A DNA stretch of 58,903 bases, taken from the IMG/VR virus record IMGVR_UViG_3300014913_000511, positions 1 to 58,903 of that record, one strand, 5' to 3'. Each line of letters begins with the position of its first letter. Position 1 is the stretch's first letter. A program made the translations under genes and the position numbers. The DNA is from a virus. Taxonomy: Duplodnaviria > Caudoviricetes. The notes beneath the pieces were generated by a model. It searched no databases. It was not told the origin of the DNA and saw nothing but the letters and a program-made list of their open reading frames with translations. Positions 57,390 through 58,903 of this stretch are shown here, one piece after another.

Positions 57390-57418
57390 AATTTACAGCA
57401 TAAGGGATGTAATGTCAA
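57390..57418 (-). promoter_or_regulatory. Sigma70 promoter TTGACA-17-TAAATT, 6 nt before the terS ATG
   Basis: Perfect -35 box and 17 bp spacer. Confidence 0.7.
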
Positions 57419-57455
57419 GGGGTTGTCAATTCATCTGAACTCATGTCTTCCCTCC

Positions 57456-57689
57456 TCACACCAGTCTTACCAACCACAAACGAGAAATGTCATCATCGCC
57501 AATAAAAACACCACTTCCCAGCCCGCAATTAATCACCTTGAAAATTCGATCAAGCACCCCTTCCCTGAATCTCGGCGCATGATTCCACACTTTTAACCGC
57601 TCAGCGTCCCACGTCACGCCATCATGCGACACTATTAAAACCGGGTTTTGACCTGTTATGTAAAGAATCGCGTTGAGCTTTTTACACAT
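57456..57689 (-). CDS. Hypothetical protein
   Basis: AAGGAG SD. Confidence 0.6.
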   Translation of the reverse strand: MCKKLNAILYITGQNPVLIVSHDGVTWDAERLKVWNHAPRFREGVLDRIFKVINCGLGSGVFIGDDDISRLWLVRLV

Positions 57690-57719
57690 GACAAAACTCC
57701 TTTTCTGTCTATGGGCAAG

Positions 57720-58574
57720 CTAAAAGCTATTCGCCCAGTCCAAAACGGCGTTTTCACATTCGACACAAAGCCCTTTTACTCCTTCGTTCACATCCGCACA
57801 CCACGCAGAAGTCAGCACGATGTCGAATTTATTGTCGGCAAGATGATTCAAGGCTTGCTCAGAGTTATCACTGTGTCGGCTATCCTTCTTGAACCCCTCC
57901 CTAACGATCCGAATTTTACACACCGTCCGATCTCCTATCCATTCAGGATCGGAAAGGACTTTCAATTCGTTTGGGAATCTAACATCAGTCACAGCAATGA
58001 CTTTTTCATCCTTCCCCCGAATTTTCGACACAGCAACAATTGACCATATGCTAGGGTCGTAACGTCTCCCCCCTTTTCCAATACACTTCAAAACGTCACG
58101 AGGAGTTTTTCCATCTAAATATGACACCGAAATATCTTTTTGAACGCCATACCCTTCTAGCCTAATTCCCTCCTCGTAAATCTCCTCGAAAATCCACCGC
58201 AGCGGATCAGCCAAAGCCACCCGCTCCGCGCCCCACTTCTCAATAAGATGCTTGCCAACTGTGTCCTTACCAGACCCGGCCAAACCCGTTATTAAAAAAA
58301 TAGGGGGGAGTTTTCCTGGCAACTTATCCCACGCCATGCGTTTCACCTCTTGCGTTAAAGCGGAATCTGGTAATTCAGCCCAACCAATAGGCTTGTGGTG
58401 AAAACCGTACCCCCCTTCCTCCCAATATCCACGCTCGTCGTCTTTATGAGAATTCCATTCGACTACAGCTAAAAGTGACTCTGAAGTTTTATACTCCTTT
58501 TCGTAAATCACAAGATACTGTCGCTGGTCTTTCGGCGGCTCGCCTGGAGTGAAATCGAACGTGTAATCAACCAT
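57720..58574 (-). CDS. Deoxynucleoside monophosphate kinase with an extra N-terminal domain
   Basis: ITGLAGSGKDT, ALADPLR, TPRDVL..IG..GR, TDVRFPNE, HS..SE. Confidence 0.88.
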   Translation of the reverse strand: MVDYTFDFTPGEPPKDQRQYLVIYEKEYKTSESLLAVVEWNSHKDDERGYWEEGGYGFHHKPIGWAELPDSALTQEVKRMAWDKLPGKLPPIFLITGLAGSGKDTVGKHLIEKWGAERVALADPLRWIFEEIYEEGIRLEGYGVQKDISVSYLDGKTPRDVLKCIGKGGRRYDPSIWSIVAVSKIRGKDEKVIAVTDVRFPNELKVLSDPEWIGDRTVCKIRIVREGFKKDSRHSDNSEQALNHLADNKFDIVLTSAWCADVNEGVKGLCVECENAVLDWANSF

Positions 58575-58649
58575 TTTCCTACTCCTTAGTTCCTAGGGTT
58601 TGCGCGGTGATAGCTAAGATCGATAGGCTCGTAATAAAGGCCGGCTGTA

Positions 58650-58768
58650 AAACTGATAGATTCTCAATTCTCAATTCTCAATTCTCAATTCTCAATTCTC
58701 AATTTTATCTTATTTTCACTTACACCCCCACCCCCATTTGAAAAATGGGGGTGGGGTATAAATTCACC
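58650..58768. repeat. Second copy of the heptamer-plus-hairpin element ((TTCTCAA)x6 and a 14-bp stem)
   Basis: Shares AAACTGAyAGATT, CAATTTTATCTTATTTTCACTTAC and GGGTATAAATTCACCG with 2-213. Confidence 0.93.
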
Positions 58769-58806
58769 GCGCCTCGAAATAGGCGAAATGGTCCCCTGGA
58801 AAAGGG

Positions 58807-58902
58807 TTAAAATCTAGTCCTTAGTAGTCGGGCCTCAAACAGGTCGGCCCCGGTGAGGTCGGCACTATCGAGGTTGGCCCCGGTGAGGTTGGCCCCCCCG
58901 AG
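58807..58902 (-). CDS. Pentapeptide repeat protein, C-terminal fragment truncated by the window edge
   Basis: Translates as LGGANLTGANLDSADLTGADLFEARLLRTRF*. Confidence 0.85.
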   Translation of the reverse strand, partial: LGGANLTGANLDSADLTGADLFEARLLRTRF

Positions 58903-58903
58903 G

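Noticed and set aside
1-58903. Alternative genetic code or tRNA genes
   Set aside because: Core genes are intact under the standard code with all three stop codons used; no tRNA cloverleaf was recognised by eye, although tRNAscan was not run.

Overview
Near-complete genome (about 59 kb) of a tailed dsDNA phage. It has a siphovirus-type tail with a GTA/DUF2460-DUF2163-NlpC baseplate, and almost every gene is on the minus strand. Reading the minus strand from right to left: partial pentapeptide gene, dNMP kinase, terminase small and large, portal, two paralogous beta-helix/G8-like proteins, cupin-kdsA-kdsB, head morphogenesis, protease, decoration and major capsid genes, then a block of Maf/GT42-like transferase, methyltransferase, two glycosyltransferases and a sulfotransferase. 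Next come neck and tail genes, cysC, holin-like genes and a DNA adenine methyltransferase. A recombination/replication module follows (PD-(D/E)XK nuclease, RNA ligase, pentapeptide proteins, Sak4-like ATPase, DUF669, ERCC4, HU, RecD2, clamp-like protein, primase-helicase), then an iteron-rich origin, thyX, small RNA-like units, an endolysin and a palindromic divergent promoter region. No integrase, DNA polymerase, tRNA, CRISPR array or reverse transcriptase was recognised. The most notable candidate system is an apparently near-complete pathway, embedded among the virion structural genes, for making a CMP-KDO-type sugar and attaching a methylated, sulfated glycan, probably to the virion. All protein calls come from motif recognition by eye; no database search was run.
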